A DNA stretch of 63,519 nt from Bacteroidota bacterium (GCA_029547265.1 JAKPPP010000183.1:1-63519), one strand, 5' to 3'. Positions 48,410 to 58,108 are shown, counted from the stretch's first letter. Numbers and translations are program-made. The notes: a model not told the origin generated them from the sequence alone.

Positions 48410-48640
48410 TTATTTTTTCGCAGTTGTATCTGCAGTAGCTGTTGAATCCATAGCAGTTGTATCAACAGTAGCGGCAGCAGCAGCAGCGGCAGCTTCTTCA
48501 GCAGCTTTCATAGCAGCATCTGCAGCAGCAACTGAGTCAGCTTGACGTTTTTCTTCAGCAGCTTTTTCTTCAGCGCTAGGGCCGCAAGAAACTAAAGAGA
48601 ACATTCCTGCAACGAAGGCAAGAGCGATAACTTTTTTCAT
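48410..48640 (-). CDS. Small Ala-rich lipoprotein (76 aa)
   Basis: MKKVIALAFVAGMFSLVS-C-GPSAEEKAA; own TATTTTTG -7 element at 48674-48681. Confidence 0.85.
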   Translation of the reverse strand: MKKVIALAFVAGMFSLVSCGPSAEEKAAEEKRQADSVAAADAAMKAAEEAAAAAAAATVDTTAMDSTATADTTAKK

Positions 48641-48695
48641 GTTTTGATGTATTGATTGGTTAATTTGTTGTTGCAAAAATAATACTCCTAAAAAG

Positions 48696-48738
48696 AAAAC
48701 ATCCGCCATTCAATTAAGTTTTGAACAACGGATGTTTT
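48696..48738 (-). terminator. Hairpin / probable terminator between the two lipoprotein genes
   Basis: AAAACATCCG ... CGGATGTTTT inverted repeat followed by a U-rich tract on minus. Confidence 0.6.
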
Positions 48739-48757
48739 AATATCGGTGGATTAGGAA

Positions 48758-49111
48758 TTACCCTCTTCCTTGACCCGGCTTAGCAACTTTAGGAGCTGCA
48801 TCTTGCTTAGGCATTTCTTTAACTTTAGGTTTTACAGGAGCTTTCTTAACTGCAGCTTTTGCAGCAGCAGCTAATGAATCTGCAGTTGCAATTGAATCAG
48901 CAGTAGCTTGAGCAGCAGCAGCAACAGCAGCTAAACTGTCTTCTGTAGCCTTTTGAGCTGTAGCAATTGAATCTTGAATACGAGCCGACTCGATAGCTGC
49001 GATTGAATCAGCTTCGTGTTTAGCTTGTGCAGCTTTTTCTTCTGCACTTGGGCCGCAAGCAACTAAACTTAACATTGCCGCAGATAATAAAGTAAGGGTT
49101 ACTTTTTTCAT
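48758..49111 (-). CDS. Small Ala-rich lipoprotein (117 aa), paralog of neighbour
   Basis: MKKVTLTLLSAAMLSLVA-C-GPSAEEKAA, Lys/Pro-rich tail; TACATTTG -7 element at 49134-49141. Confidence 0.87.
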   Translation of the reverse strand: MKKVTLTLLSAAMLSLVACGPSAEEKAAQAKHEADSIAAIESARIQDSIATAQKATEDSLAAVAAAAQATADSIATADSLAAAAKAAVKKAPVKPKVKEMPKQDAAPKVAKPGQGRG

Positions 49112-49224
49112 GGTTTTAATTCATTTGAGTTTGCAAATGTATAAAATTGTAATTCTTTTGAACCTTTTCACCTAAAAGAATATATCTTCTTTTTATATTT
49201 GCAGCCTCAAACAACAATTAAATC

Positions 49225-49914
49225 ATGAAAAAAGTTATTCTTTTATTAAGTTTAGCAGTAATCACTTCTGCATTATTTACAGGATGTAGTAAAGATGATG
49301 ATACTGAAGCACCGGTAATCACGTTAAATGGTGACAATCCTTATGTAATCTCTTCAATCGGAGGCACTTACACTGAGCCTGGCTTTACTTGCACCGATAA
49401 CGAAGATGGTACCATCACTTCAAAAGTTAGTGTTGATGATTCTGAATTAAATGAAGATTCAACAGGTACATATGAAATTCATTACGAAGTAACTGATGCT
49501 GCAGGCAACGCTGCTGATGTTCACCGTGAAGTTATTGTTAGAAATGCTGCTAACGCTTTAGCAGGTACTTATGGCGTATTAATCCAACAACCGGGATTCG
49601 CTGATTATAACTACTCTGAAGCATTAGGAATGAGCGCTACAGTAAACAACAAAGTTATTTTCGGTAAATTCGGTGACTATGCAGGAGCTGAAAACAAGGT
49701 TTATGCTAACGTTACTCAAGTAAGTGGTACTTTCATCAGCATTACTATCCCTACTCAAACTGTAAATTGTGGTACTCCTGCGGCTAACAGAACTTTCTCT
49801 GGAAGCGGAAATATCTCTATTTCAGGTAGCACAACAACTTTCGTTATCAATGTTACTGAGTCTATTACAGGTAGCTCACCGGTAACTTCAACTTACACTT
49901 ACACGAAACAATAA
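49225..49914 (+). CDS. Surface lipoprotein with DUF5011 (Ig-like) domain
   Basis: FTG-C-SKDDD lipoprotein export signal; APVITLNG...YTEPG....D..DG....V.......G.Y.I.Y.V.D.AGN; TATATTTG at 49194-49201. Confidence 0.85.
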   Translation: MKKVILLLSLAVITSALFTGCSKDDDTEAPVITLNGDNPYVISSIGGTYTEPGFTCTDNEDGTITSKVSVDDSELNEDSTGTYEIHYEVTDAAGNAADVHREVIVRNAANALAGTYGVLIQQPGFADYNYSEALGMSATVNNKVIFGKFGDYAGAENKVYANVTQVSGTFISITIPTQTVNCGTPAANRTFSGSGNISISGSTTTFVINVTESITGSSPVTSTYTYTKQ

Positions 49915-49934
49915 TTGGTTTTCGTAGAAACAAT

Positions 49935-49959
49935 AAAAGGCCCCATTCGGGGCCTTTTT
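49935..49959. terminator. Bidirectional intrinsic terminator
   Basis: AAAAGGCCCC-ATTC-GGGGCCTTTTT. Confidence 0.88.
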
Positions 49960-49982
49960 CGTTTCTAACCTTTTCCTGCAAC

Positions 49983-50099
49983 CTATACAGGCATCCCTAC
50001 TAACAACCAGAGTCCAAATGCCATAATGGAAAGTGAAACCATTACCCTAGTGGTATTTTGGTTGTGCAGAGGCAGTTCTTCGTATTGTTTTGAGTTCAT
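49983..50099 (-). CDS. Putative 38-aa single-TM small protein
   Basis: MNSKQYEELPLHNQNTTRVMVSLSIMAFGLWLLVGMPV; A-rich leader, upstream sigma-54-like site, downstream terminator. Confidence 0.55.
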   Translation of the reverse strand: MNSKQYEELPLHNQNTTRVMVSLSIMAFGLWLLVGMPV

Positions 50100-50126
50100 A
50101 AAAAGTTTGTTTTTTGTTTCTATAAT

Positions 50127-50142
50127 TGCAAACACTGTTCCT
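50127..50142 (-). promoter_or_regulatory. Sigma-54 (-24/-12)-like promoter
   Basis: Minus strand AGGAACAGTGTTTGCA: GG-N10-GC with TTGCA. Confidence 0.6.
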
Positions 50143-50160
50143 AAATGGTTCATTACCACA

Positions 50161-50241
50161 AAGTTTTTCGGTACGTTCGTCAAGTTTATCGGTACGTTGG
50201 CCCAATTCGCGTTTTTTTGGACGCCAATTATGCTCGTTTGG
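50161..50241. promoter_or_regulatory. 21-bp-phased direct repeats (candidate regulator binding array)
   Basis: AAGTTTTTCGGTACGTT (50161-50177) and AAGTTTATCGGTACGTT (50182-50198), with weaker in-phase CCAATT/TTGG copies to ~50241. Confidence 0.6.
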
Positions 50242-50263
50242 CCTTCTTTGATACCTTTGGCAC

Positions 50264-52156
50264 ATGAAAATTCAGGGCATGCTTCAACTGCGATTCCTCT
50301 TATGGAGATTATCAATCGCAATGCTCCTTTTTTCTCTTTGCCGGGTGGTTTTCATAATCGCTAATCCCGAAACTATTCATGGATCGGTAATAGAGAATTT
50401 CCTCGTCGGACTCCGTTTCGATTTAGCAGCCGTGGTTATGCTCCACTCCCTGTTTATCTTACTCCACGTTTTTCCGGCGAAAATCTTCGCGAACAAATTC
50501 TTTCAATCATTCGCTTCCATTTTGTTTCATACCGTTAATGCGATAGCCATACTGTTTAACTTAATTGATACAGCTTGGTTTCCTTTTAGCGGAAAAAGAA
50601 CCACATCCGACTTTTTTAGCCTCATCAGTACCGGCGATGATGTATCAAATAACCTCACCCATTATCTGTTTTCTTATTGGTACCTACTCTTGGTGCTGCT
50701 TATCATGACCATTTTTTCTGTTCTCATATATAAAAAAGTATCGCTTAAACTTGTTAATTCTTCCCGAAATAATTCAGGCGATTCATTTGCAGGTTTCTCT
50801 ATCCGTTTAGCATTTTCAGTTGCTTTGATCATTATTGGTGCGCGCGGTGGATTACAACTTAAACCTATCTCTATGCAAAGCGCAGCAGGTCTTGTCGACC
50901 CCGGCGCTGTGCCAATGGTATTAAATACTCCGTTTACAATTTTAAAGTCGGTACGCGACGAGCCTATTCCTTCAATTCAATATCTAAGCGAAAAAGATGC
51001 TCTCGCGCTTTTCAATCCTCATCAACAAATGTTCAGCGCCGATTCGTTCAACAATAAGAACGTTGTTATTATTATCATGGAGAGCTTTTCGTCGCAGTTC
51101 ATCGGAAGCCTTCATAACGGTAACGGCTATACCCCATTCCTCGATTCATTAATGAAACATAGTCTTGTTTGCGATCAAACTTATGCAAACGGAAAACGAT
51201 CAATTGAAGGTGTCCCTGCCGTTGTTGCTTCTCTTCCTCATTTAATGGATGAGCCATTTATAACAAGTGCATATAACGTAAATCGAATTAATACTCCTGC
51301 ATCAATTTTAGGAAAGAAAGGATATTCATCGGCATTCTTTCATGGAGGAAATAATGGCACGATGGGCTTCGATAATTTTAGTCGCGTAGCAGGTTATAAT
51401 AATTACTTCGGCAGAAATGAATACGACGGACCAATTAGCGATTACGATGGACATTGGGGAATATTCGACGATCAGTTCTTTCAGTTTATGATCAGAAAAA
51501 TCAATTCAATGAAAGCTCCTTTTGTATCAACAATTTTTTCCCTTTCATCGCATGAGCCATATACAATTCCTGCACGACTAAAAAATAAATTCCCAAAAGG
51601 AACTGAACCAATTCACGAGAGCATCGGTTATGCCGATTATGCATTACAACAGTTCTTCGCTGAAGCATCAAAACAAAGTTGGTATAAGAATACATTGTTT
51701 GTCATTACTGCAGATCATACTGGTCCTGCTTCAGGGGAATTTAACATGAATCGCATCGGACAATTAAAAATTCCTTTGATAATTTTCGATCCGCAAATTG
51801 ACACAGGATCAGTAATTCACGAGGTAACACAACAAACCGATATCTTTCCTACCATCCTCGATTATTTACATTTCAACGGCAAATATGCTGCCTTCGGACA
51901 ATCTGTTTTCAATAGTAAAACAGATCGCTGGAATATAAGTTACCTAAACGGATCATGGCAATTGATTCAAGGAAAATATCTCTTGCAATTCAACGGCAAT
52001 GAATCAACTGCGTTATACGATATCGAAAGCGACAGCTTACTGAAAAATAATTTGATTGATCAATTACCCGAGATTAAAACTGAAAAAGAACGATTACTTA
52101 AATCTATCTTGCAGCAATACAGAAACGGACTTTTAAAAAATAAAATCGGCATTTAA
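50264..52156 (+). CDS. LTA synthase-family / sulfatase-like membrane phosphotransferase
   Basis: Five N-terminal TMs, RGG..L.P, NVVIIIMESFS, TPFLDSL, FFHGG, SSHEPY, NTLFVITADH, Q.DI.PTIL. Confidence 0.9.
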   Translation: MKIQGMLQLRFLLWRLSIAMLLFSLCRVVFIIANPETIHGSVIENFLVGLRFDLAAVVMLHSLFILLHVFPAKIFANKFFQSFASILFHTVNAIAILFNLIDTAWFPFSGKRTTSDFFSLISTGDDVSNNLTHYLFSYWYLLLVLLIMTIFSVLIYKKVSLKLVNSSRNNSGDSFAGFSIRLAFSVALIIIGARGGLQLKPISMQSAAGLVDPGAVPMVLNTPFTILKSVRDEPIPSIQYLSEKDALALFNPHQQMFSADSFNNKNVVIIIMESFSSQFIGSLHNGNGYTPFLDSLMKHSLVCDQTYANGKRSIEGVPAVVASLPHLMDEPFITSAYNVNRINTPASILGKKGYSSAFFHGGNNGTMGFDNFSRVAGYNNYFGRNEYDGPISDYDGHWGIFDDQFFQFMIRKINSMKAPFVSTIFSLSSHEPYTIPARLKNKFPKGTEPIHESIGYADYALQQFFAEASKQSWYKNTLFVITADHTGPASGEFNMNRIGQLKIPLIIFDPQIDTGSVIHEVTQQTDIFPTILDYLHFNGKYAAFGQSVFNSKTDRWNISYLNGSWQLIQGKYLLQFNGNESTALYDIESDSLLKNNLIDQLPEIKTEKERLLKSILQQYRNGLLKNKIGI

Positions 52157-52199
52157 TCGCCTTAGTAATTACGATTGATAATTCTAAATCTAATCCGAC

Positions 52200-53075
52200 T
52201 TGAAAAAACTTCATCTGCTTATAAACCCAATTGCCGGACATGGCTTAGCTCCTAAAATTGAAGGGATGATTGCTTCTTCAAATCTTTCGAAGAAGTATGA
52301 AATCACTGTGATGCATACCCAATATGCAGGACATGCAAAAGTTCTGGCGCAACAAGCTGTGGCTAATGGAATTGATGTTGTTGTAGCTGTTGGAGGTGAT
52401 GGAACTGTTAACGAAGTAGGTTCGGCATTAGTAAATACCAATACAACACTTGGAATTATTCCTGCTGGATCAGGAAACGGATTAGCGAATCATATCGGAA
52501 TGAAAAATAATCCGAAGTTAGCCCTCGGCCAATTGGCTTCAGGTTCTTTTCAAAAAATTGATAGTCTCCAAATCAACGGAAGGTTTGCCGTTAACGTTTC
52601 GGGATTCGGTTTTGACGGATATGTTGCTTGGCTATTTAACAACAGTGGCAAACGAGGATTAAGCAACTACACAAAAATCGGAATGCAAGAATATTTCAAG
52701 TATCCGATTGCGCAGTTTAAAATAAATCACGATGGCAAAACGTTCGATACGGAAGCGCACATGATCGTGATTGCGAATGCCAGTCAGTTCGGTAATGCGG
52801 CGGTGATTTCTCCTTTAGCCGACATAACCGACGGACAACTTGAAATGATTGCTGTTACTCGTCCCGGCTTGTTTAAAATTCCCGGAATGTTCTACCGACT
52901 ATTTACGGGTAAACTAAAAGACAATAAGTATTTGAGAACGGTTCATTGCACCTCATTTACGGCAGAAAGCAACCGACCTCTACACCTACATATCGACGGA
53001 GAAGCAATAGATCCGCTCAGTAAAATCGAAGTTAAACTCAACAAACATTCATTGCAAATCATTCAACCACAATGA
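52200..53075 (+). CDS. Diacylglycerol/lipid kinase family (YegS/BmrU)
   Basis: INPIAG, GGDGTVNEV, IIPAGSGNG.A, G.GFDG, DGE. Confidence 0.93.
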   Translation: MKKLHLLINPIAGHGLAPKIEGMIASSNLSKKYEITVMHTQYAGHAKVLAQQAVANGIDVVVAVGGDGTVNEVGSALVNTNTTLGIIPAGSGNGLANHIGMKNNPKLALGQLASGSFQKIDSLQINGRFAVNVSGFGFDGYVAWLFNNSGKRGLSNYTKIGMQEYFKYPIAQFKINHDGKTFDTEAHMIVIANASQFGNAAVISPLADITDGQLEMIAVTRPGLFKIPGMFYRLFTGKLKDNKYLRTVHCTSFTAESNRPLHLHIDGEAIDPLSKIEVKLNKHSLQIIQPQ

Positions 53076-53653
53076 AGCTTTCAAAAGAATATTGGCAAGA
53101 ACGCTATTCCAACCATGAAACAGGTTGGGACATCGGATCGGCATCGGCGCCCTTAAAAGAATACATCGACGGGCTTAGCGATAAATCGTTGAAAATATTA
53201 ATTCCCGGTTGCGGTAATGCATACGAAGCCGCTTACCTCTACGAAAAGGGATTCATAAACACCTATCTCGTTGATTTTGCAGAAGCTCCGTTGAAAGCAT
53301 TTGCAGAGAAATATCCCGAATTCCCTAAAGAACAGCTCATTTGCAACGATTTCTTTAACCTCGAAGGGCAATTCGACCTCATCCTCGAGCAAACCTTCTT
53401 CTGCGCCCTCGATCCGGCATTAAGAAACGATTATTGTCGTAAAATGTCGACCCTATTAGCCCCAAAAGGCAAGTTAGTAGGATTACTTTTCAACCAAAAA
53501 TTCGAAAAAGAAGGTCCTCCATTCGGCGGATTCTTAGAAGAATACAAGCCGCAATTCAGTCAATTCCTTAATATTCAAGTACTTGAAGAATGTCGCAATT
53601 CAATTCCTCCCAGAGCGGGAAAAGAGTTGTTCATGATTTGTTCAGAGAAGTAA
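53072..53653 (+). CDS. Thiopurine S-methyltransferase-like SAM methyltransferase
   Basis: YW..RY....TGWD.G, ILIPGCG.AYEA, EQTFFCAL.P, GPPFG. Confidence 0.88.
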   Translation: MKLSKEYWQERYSNHETGWDIGSASAPLKEYIDGLSDKSLKILIPGCGNAYEAAYLYEKGFINTYLVDFAEAPLKAFAEKYPEFPKEQLICNDFFNLEGQFDLILEQTFFCALDPALRNDYCRKMSTLLAPKGKLVGLLFNQKFEKEGPPFGGFLEEYKPQFSQFLNIQVLEECRNSIPPRAGKELFMICSEK

Positions 53654-53679
53654 TCGTAAGAATGATTAATTTCGCAGCA

Positions 53680-54237
53680 ATGATTAAAAAGTTCGGGATA
53701 TTATCTTTTCTACTATTTGCTTCTTTAGGTCTGAGAGCACAAACAGCTTTCAATGACCCGGAGGAGAACATAATCCATTTTTATCAGCAGAATTACTATT
53801 CTCAAGAATGCGGATTTACTGTTCCCGATCAAATTAACACTACGCTTTACGACACTATAGTTAATTGGTTAGGAACACCTTACCGATTTGCGGGAAACAG
53901 TGGACGAGGAATTGATTGTTCAGGATTCGTTACTGTTTTATACAATAGAGTTTACGGAAAGAATTTAGGCGCTCGTAACTCTGCAGAGATTTATAACTTA
54001 ATGGAGAAAATCGACAAAGATGATCTTCAGGAAGGTGATTTAGTATTTTTTAGAATCGGCAGAAGAAGAAGCGTTTCACATATCGGATTATATCTGGGAA
54101 ATGATAAATTTGTTCATTCAAGTACTTCCAGAGGAGTTATCATCAGTGATCTGAATGAGCCTTACTACAAGAGATATTTTGCAGGCGCAGGACGTCAGAG
54201 ATCTTTGGATGTAATTGGATCAACCGATACACAATAA
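53680..54237 (+). CDS. NlpC/P60 (C40) peptidoglycan endopeptidase
   Basis: WLGTPY..G....GIDCSGF, GDLVFF, SHIG.Y.G...FVH.S; start set at ATG 53680 (signal peptide). Confidence 0.92.
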   Translation: MIKKFGILSFLLFASLGLRAQTAFNDPEENIIHFYQQNYYSQECGFTVPDQINTTLYDTIVNWLGTPYRFAGNSGRGIDCSGFVTVLYNRVYGKNLGARNSAEIYNLMEKIDKDDLQEGDLVFFRIGRRRSVSHIGLYLGNDKFVHSSTSRGVIISDLNEPYYKRYFAGAGRQRSLDVIGSTDTQ

Positions 54238-54240
54238 TTT

Positions 54241-54747
54241 ATGCCTCAAGCTCCTACACTGATACTTAACAGTCATCAGATTCATCAACGCATCGACAGA
54301 ATCGCTTTTCAGATTTACGAAGATGTGGTGGGAGAAAAAGAATTGATAATTGCCGGTATTGCTAAAAGCGGTTTCGTATTCGCGAGGTTATTACTCGAAT
54401 CGTTGAATCGTATTTGCCCAATACCTACTCGCCTCATCGAAATTGCGCTCGATAAGGAAGTCCCAACCGATTACCGACTCACTCCTTCCCTCTCAAAACA
54501 AGACCTCGACAACAAAGTAATAATCGTTGTTGATGATGTTTTGAACTCAGGAAAGACTTTGATTTATAGTCTGCGTCCCTTTTTGGAAGCCGACACCAAA
54601 AAAATCAGAACTGTGTTATTGGTCGACCGCGACCATAAACGCTACCCCGTAGAGGCCGATTATGTAGGCATTACACTTAGCACTACACTGCAAGAACATG
54701 TACGTGTAGAACTAACTCCGGGACAAGAAGCTGTTTACCTACAATAA
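54241..54747 (+). CDS. PyrR-like phosphoribosyltransferase
   Basis: RIAFQIYE, IIVVDDVLNSGKT, LVDR.HK.YPV.ADYVG. Confidence 0.88.
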   Translation: MPQAPTLILNSHQIHQRIDRIAFQIYEDVVGEKELIIAGIAKSGFVFARLLLESLNRICPIPTRLIEIALDKEVPTDYRLTPSLSKQDLDNKVIIVVDDVLNSGKTLIYSLRPFLEADTKKIRTVLLVDRDHKRYPVEADYVGITLSTTLQEHVRVELTPGQEAVYLQ

Positions 54748-54830
54748 TTCAATTGAGTTAATGATTAGTTAAATTCAAACAACTTTCATTAACAAGCGTT
54801 TATTTTGTGTCCCGTAAAGAACGAAAAGCG

Positions 54831-56693
54831 ATGTATCGACTAAAATCAGCGACTAAAATCTCCATTCTCTTACTGCTTTACTTCTTTGTTGGCATGGTTT
54901 ACACTGCGCCGGCTCAAGCTCCTTTCTTATCAGGAACAGCAAGTAAATCGACAGTAGGCAGCAATGAACAATTTCAAATCAGCTATACGCTGAATACCTC
55001 AGGAAAGAATTTCAGAGCTCCTGACTTCAGCGATTTTATGGTACTAAGTGGTCCAAACCAAAGTACCAGCATGCAATATGTGAACGGAAGTTTCTCTCAG
55101 TCCGTTACTTTTTCTTTCATCCTACAACCAAAAGGTGAAGGGCAATTTAAAATTAGTCCCGCAACTGTTGAGGTAGAAGGAAAAAGAATCGCTTCAAATG
55201 TCATTAACATGACCGTAGTAAAAGGAAATGCTCAAGCGCAGGGCGGTAACCAGCGCGGAGGAAACGGAGGCGATGAAAGCGGCGGATTAAGCGATAAAAA
55301 TATTTTCTTGCGTGCAGTAGTAAATAAAGGATCGGTTTTAGAAGGCGAAGCAGTAACGGTAACGTATAAACTTTATACCAACGTTCAAATTACGAGCTAC
55401 TCTGTAATAAAAGCTCCGGCTTTCAACGGATTCTGGAATCAAGATATTGAAGTACCACAACCGCCACCAATGAACGTTGAAACTGTTGATGGCAATCGTT
55501 ATAATGTTGCGGTGATAAAAAAATCAGTTTTATTTCCTCAGCAAAGCGGAACGCTTACTATCGATCCGATGGAATTGGAGTGTATCGCCAGAATAAAAGT
55601 CAAAGGACAACGATCGAATGATCCGTTCGGAATGTTCAACGATCCTTTCTTTAGTGATCCTTTTTTTGGCAATGGAATTCGCGATGTGAAATACGGATTC
55701 AAAAGTAGTCCCGTAAAAATTGTAGTAAGAGAATTACCGGGAACAGCGCCTGCCGGATTCAGTGGAGCTGTTGGAAGCTTATCGTTCGAAGCTAAGCTCG
55801 ACAAATCAGAGACGAAAGAAAATGAGCCTGTCAATTTGAAAATTAAAATCAATGGAAGCGGAAACATCAAACTAGCCGCACCACCTGAAATTAATTTTCC
55901 TCCCGACTTAGAAACATACGATCCGAAAATCAACGAAAGCTATAAAGCTTCTGAAGCCGGAGTTAGCGGAGGTAAAACAGTTGAATACTTAATAATTCCT
56001 CGTCACGAAGGCGATTACGAACTCCCTCCTATTACCTTCTCGTATTACGACTTAAACAAAAAGCAATACGTTTCAAAAACAGAAGGTCCGTTTAAAATTA
56101 AAGTAGGAAGAGGAAGCGGAAATAATAGTGCGACGGTGAGCGGCGGAAATGAGAAATCAGAATTCCGTTTAATTGGAAAAGACATTCGTTATATCAAAAC
56201 CAACGAGACCGTTTTCTCTGATGGTGATGGTAAATTTTATGGTTCATTAGGATTTTACGGACTAACACTACTACCTTTCCTAGCAGTTGGAGGAACAGTA
56301 TTTTATTTAAGAAAGAAACGTTTCGAAGAAAGTAATTCAGTATTAATGCGCAGCAAGAAAGCAACTGGAATGGCGCAGAAACGTTTGGCTCTCGCCGACA
56401 AATCGTTGAAGGCAGGAGAACACTTACAAGTGTATGAAGAAATTTCAAGAGCATTGTGGGGATATGCCAGCGACAAACTAACGATACCTCTATCCGAACT
56501 TTCGAAAGAAAATATTGCAGGCAAATTATCGCAACGAAGTGTAAGTGAATCAACAGTAAATACTTTCTTACGAACGATAGAAGATTGTGAGATGGCGAGA
56601 TACGGTGGACAAACATCTGCAGCTAATTCGGCAACAGCATATTCATCAGCTATTGAGTTAATCACTAAAATTGAAGGGGAGGTAAAAGCATGA
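54831..56693 (+). CDS. batD: BatD family protein
   Basis: VLSGPNQSTS....NG, LFPQQSG.L.I, GAVG, G.GN, C-terminal TM and RY; start ATG 54831 (or GTG 54807). Confidence 0.9.
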   Translation: MYRLKSATKISILLLLYFFVGMVYTAPAQAPFLSGTASKSTVGSNEQFQISYTLNTSGKNFRAPDFSDFMVLSGPNQSTSMQYVNGSFSQSVTFSFILQPKGEGQFKISPATVEVEGKRIASNVINMTVVKGNAQAQGGNQRGGNGGDESGGLSDKNIFLRAVVNKGSVLEGEAVTVTYKLYTNVQITSYSVIKAPAFNGFWNQDIEVPQPPPMNVETVDGNRYNVAVIKKSVLFPQQSGTLTIDPMELECIARIKVKGQRSNDPFGMFNDPFFSDPFFGNGIRDVKYGFKSSPVKIVVRELPGTAPAGFSGAVGSLSFEAKLDKSETKENEPVNLKIKINGSGNIKLAAPPEINFPPDLETYDPKINESYKASEAGVSGGKTVEYLIIPRHEGDYELPPITFSYYDLNKKQYVSKTEGPFKIKVGRGSGNNSATVSGGNEKSEFRLIGKDIRYIKTNETVFSDGDGKFYGSLGFYGLTLLPFLAVGGTVFYLRKKRFEESNSVLMRSKKATGMAQKRLALADKSLKAGEHLQVYEEISRALWGYASDKLTIPLSELSKENIAGKLSQRSVSESTVNTFLRTIEDCEMARYGGQTSAANSATAYSSAIELITKIEGEVKA

Positions 56694-57472
56694 AAGCAAT
56701 TTTAAAAATCAGAATCGCAACGCTTGCTATCATCCTTTTCATTTCCACAATTGTTGTTGCAGGAAATAGCGGAGTATCACCGGAAGGAAGATATTCAAAT
56801 GCAAACAAATTATACCGCTCGGGAAATTATGCCGAAGCCGGAATACAATTTGAATCGTTGGTGAATGAAGGAAAACGAAGTACAGAATTATTCTTCAATC
56901 TTGGTAATTGTTATTACAAGCAAGGTGACTTTGCCAAGGCTGTACTTAATTATGAACGTGCGAAAAGAATTAGCCCTACCGACGAAGACATCACCTACAA
57001 CTTAAAGTTAGCTAACTCACAAATTACTGATAAGATAGAACCTATTCCTCAATTGTTTTACGAACGCTGGTGGGATATATTCTTAAACATGTTATCACCT
57101 ACATATTGGTCGGTAATTGCTATAAGTTTATTGTGGATTGCTGCAGCGTTTATCATACTCTATTTATTTGGAGATACCGTTGCAAAAAAGAAATCACGAT
57201 TTATTGCCGGAGGAATAACGTTAATAGTAAGTTTATTTTTATTCGTCATCGCAGGATGCTCTAATCACCGATTAAACAATTCGCAGCAAGCAATTGTAAT
57301 GAGCATGGGCACCTATGTAAAAAGTTCACCCGACGAAAAGAGCACTAACCTATTCATGTTACACAGCGGCACTAAGATCGATGTGATTGAAGAAGTCAGC
57401 GGCTGGAAGAAAATCAAAATCGCGAATGGCAACTCAGGGTGGATGAAGAATGAGGATGTGGAGAAAATTTGA
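56690..57472 (+). CDS. batE: BatE (TPR + TM + SH3b)
   Basis: AN..Y..G.Y..A, FNLGNCYYK, NYERA....P, LH.GTK.......W.KI....G..GW. Confidence 0.9.
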   Translation: MKAILKIRIATLAIILFISTIVVAGNSGVSPEGRYSNANKLYRSGNYAEAGIQFESLVNEGKRSTELFFNLGNCYYKQGDFAKAVLNYERAKRISPTDEDITYNLKLANSQITDKIEPIPQLFYERWWDIFLNMLSPTYWSVIAISLLWIAAAFIILYLFGDTVAKKKSRFIAGGITLIVSLFLFVIAGCSNHRLNNSQQAIVMSMGTYVKSSPDEKSTNLFMLHSGTKIDVIEEVSGWKKIKIANGNSGWMKNEDVEKI

Positions 57473-57479
57473 CTACGTC

Positions 57480-57585
57480 GTTTATGGTTCATAGTTCATA
57501 GTTCGGCAAAGCCGATTTGAATTATCATGTAAACTTATAATCCGCTTCGCGAAACATTGAACTTCGAACTTCGAACACACGAACT
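57480..57585. repeat. Intergenic element of inverted heptamer arrays with internal mini-hairpins
   Basis: GTTCATA x2 + GTTC (57487-57504) versus GAACTTC x2 + GAAC.. (57559-57585); TCGGC-AAA-GCCGA (57503-57515) and CGC-TTC-GCG (57543-57551). Confidence 0.55.
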
Positions 57586-57589
57586 CGCA

Positions 57590-58108
57590 TTGAAATCCAT
57601 CCTCCTCCTTTCCGACACTCATGGCTATATCGACGATAAAATATTATCGCATGCAGCAAAGGCCGATGAAGTATGGCATGCAGGAGATGTTGGTCCAATC
57701 ATAGTTACCGATAAGTTAAGCGCAATTACAACAGTTCGCGGAGTATATGGAAATATCGACGATCATATTGTGCGAAAAGTTTTTCCGCTCATTAATACGT
57801 TTACTGTTGAAGGACTAAAAGTTTACATGACGCATATTGGCGGCTATCCCGGACGTTATAGTCAAGGAGTGAAGCAACAACTGATGATGGAGAAACCGGG
57901 ATTATTTATTTGCGGTCATTCACATATTTTAAAAGTGATGCGTGATCCTACATTAAATTTATTACATATGAATCCCGGAGCAGCGGGAGTGCACGGATTT
58001 CATCAAATGAGAACCATGATCCGATTTAAAGTTTCGGAAGGCAAAATTTTAGAACCTGAAGTAATCGAATTAGGATTACGAGGCGCATTACCTCAATCTG
58101 TCGGCTGA
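57590..58108 (+). CDS. YfcE/MJ0936-family metallophosphoesterase
   Basis: SDTHG, HAGDVG, GVYGNID, THIGG, CGHSH, NPGAAG; TTG start at 57590. Confidence 0.92.
   Translation: MKSILLLSDTHGYIDDKILSHAAKADEVWHAGDVGPIIVTDKLSAITTVRGVYGNIDDHIVRKVFPLINTFTVEGLKVYMTHIGGYPGRYSQGVKQQLMMEKPGLFICGHSHILKVMRDPTLNLLHMNPGAAGVHGFHQMRTMIRFKVSEGKILEPEVIELGLRGALPQSVG

Noticed and set aside
50026-50364. Overlapping 112-aa and 72-aa ORFs near 50.0-50.4 kb, and the other short antisense/frame-shifted ORFs in the track
   Set aside because: They are shadows of well-supported genes or of regulatory DNA and have no recognisable motifs.
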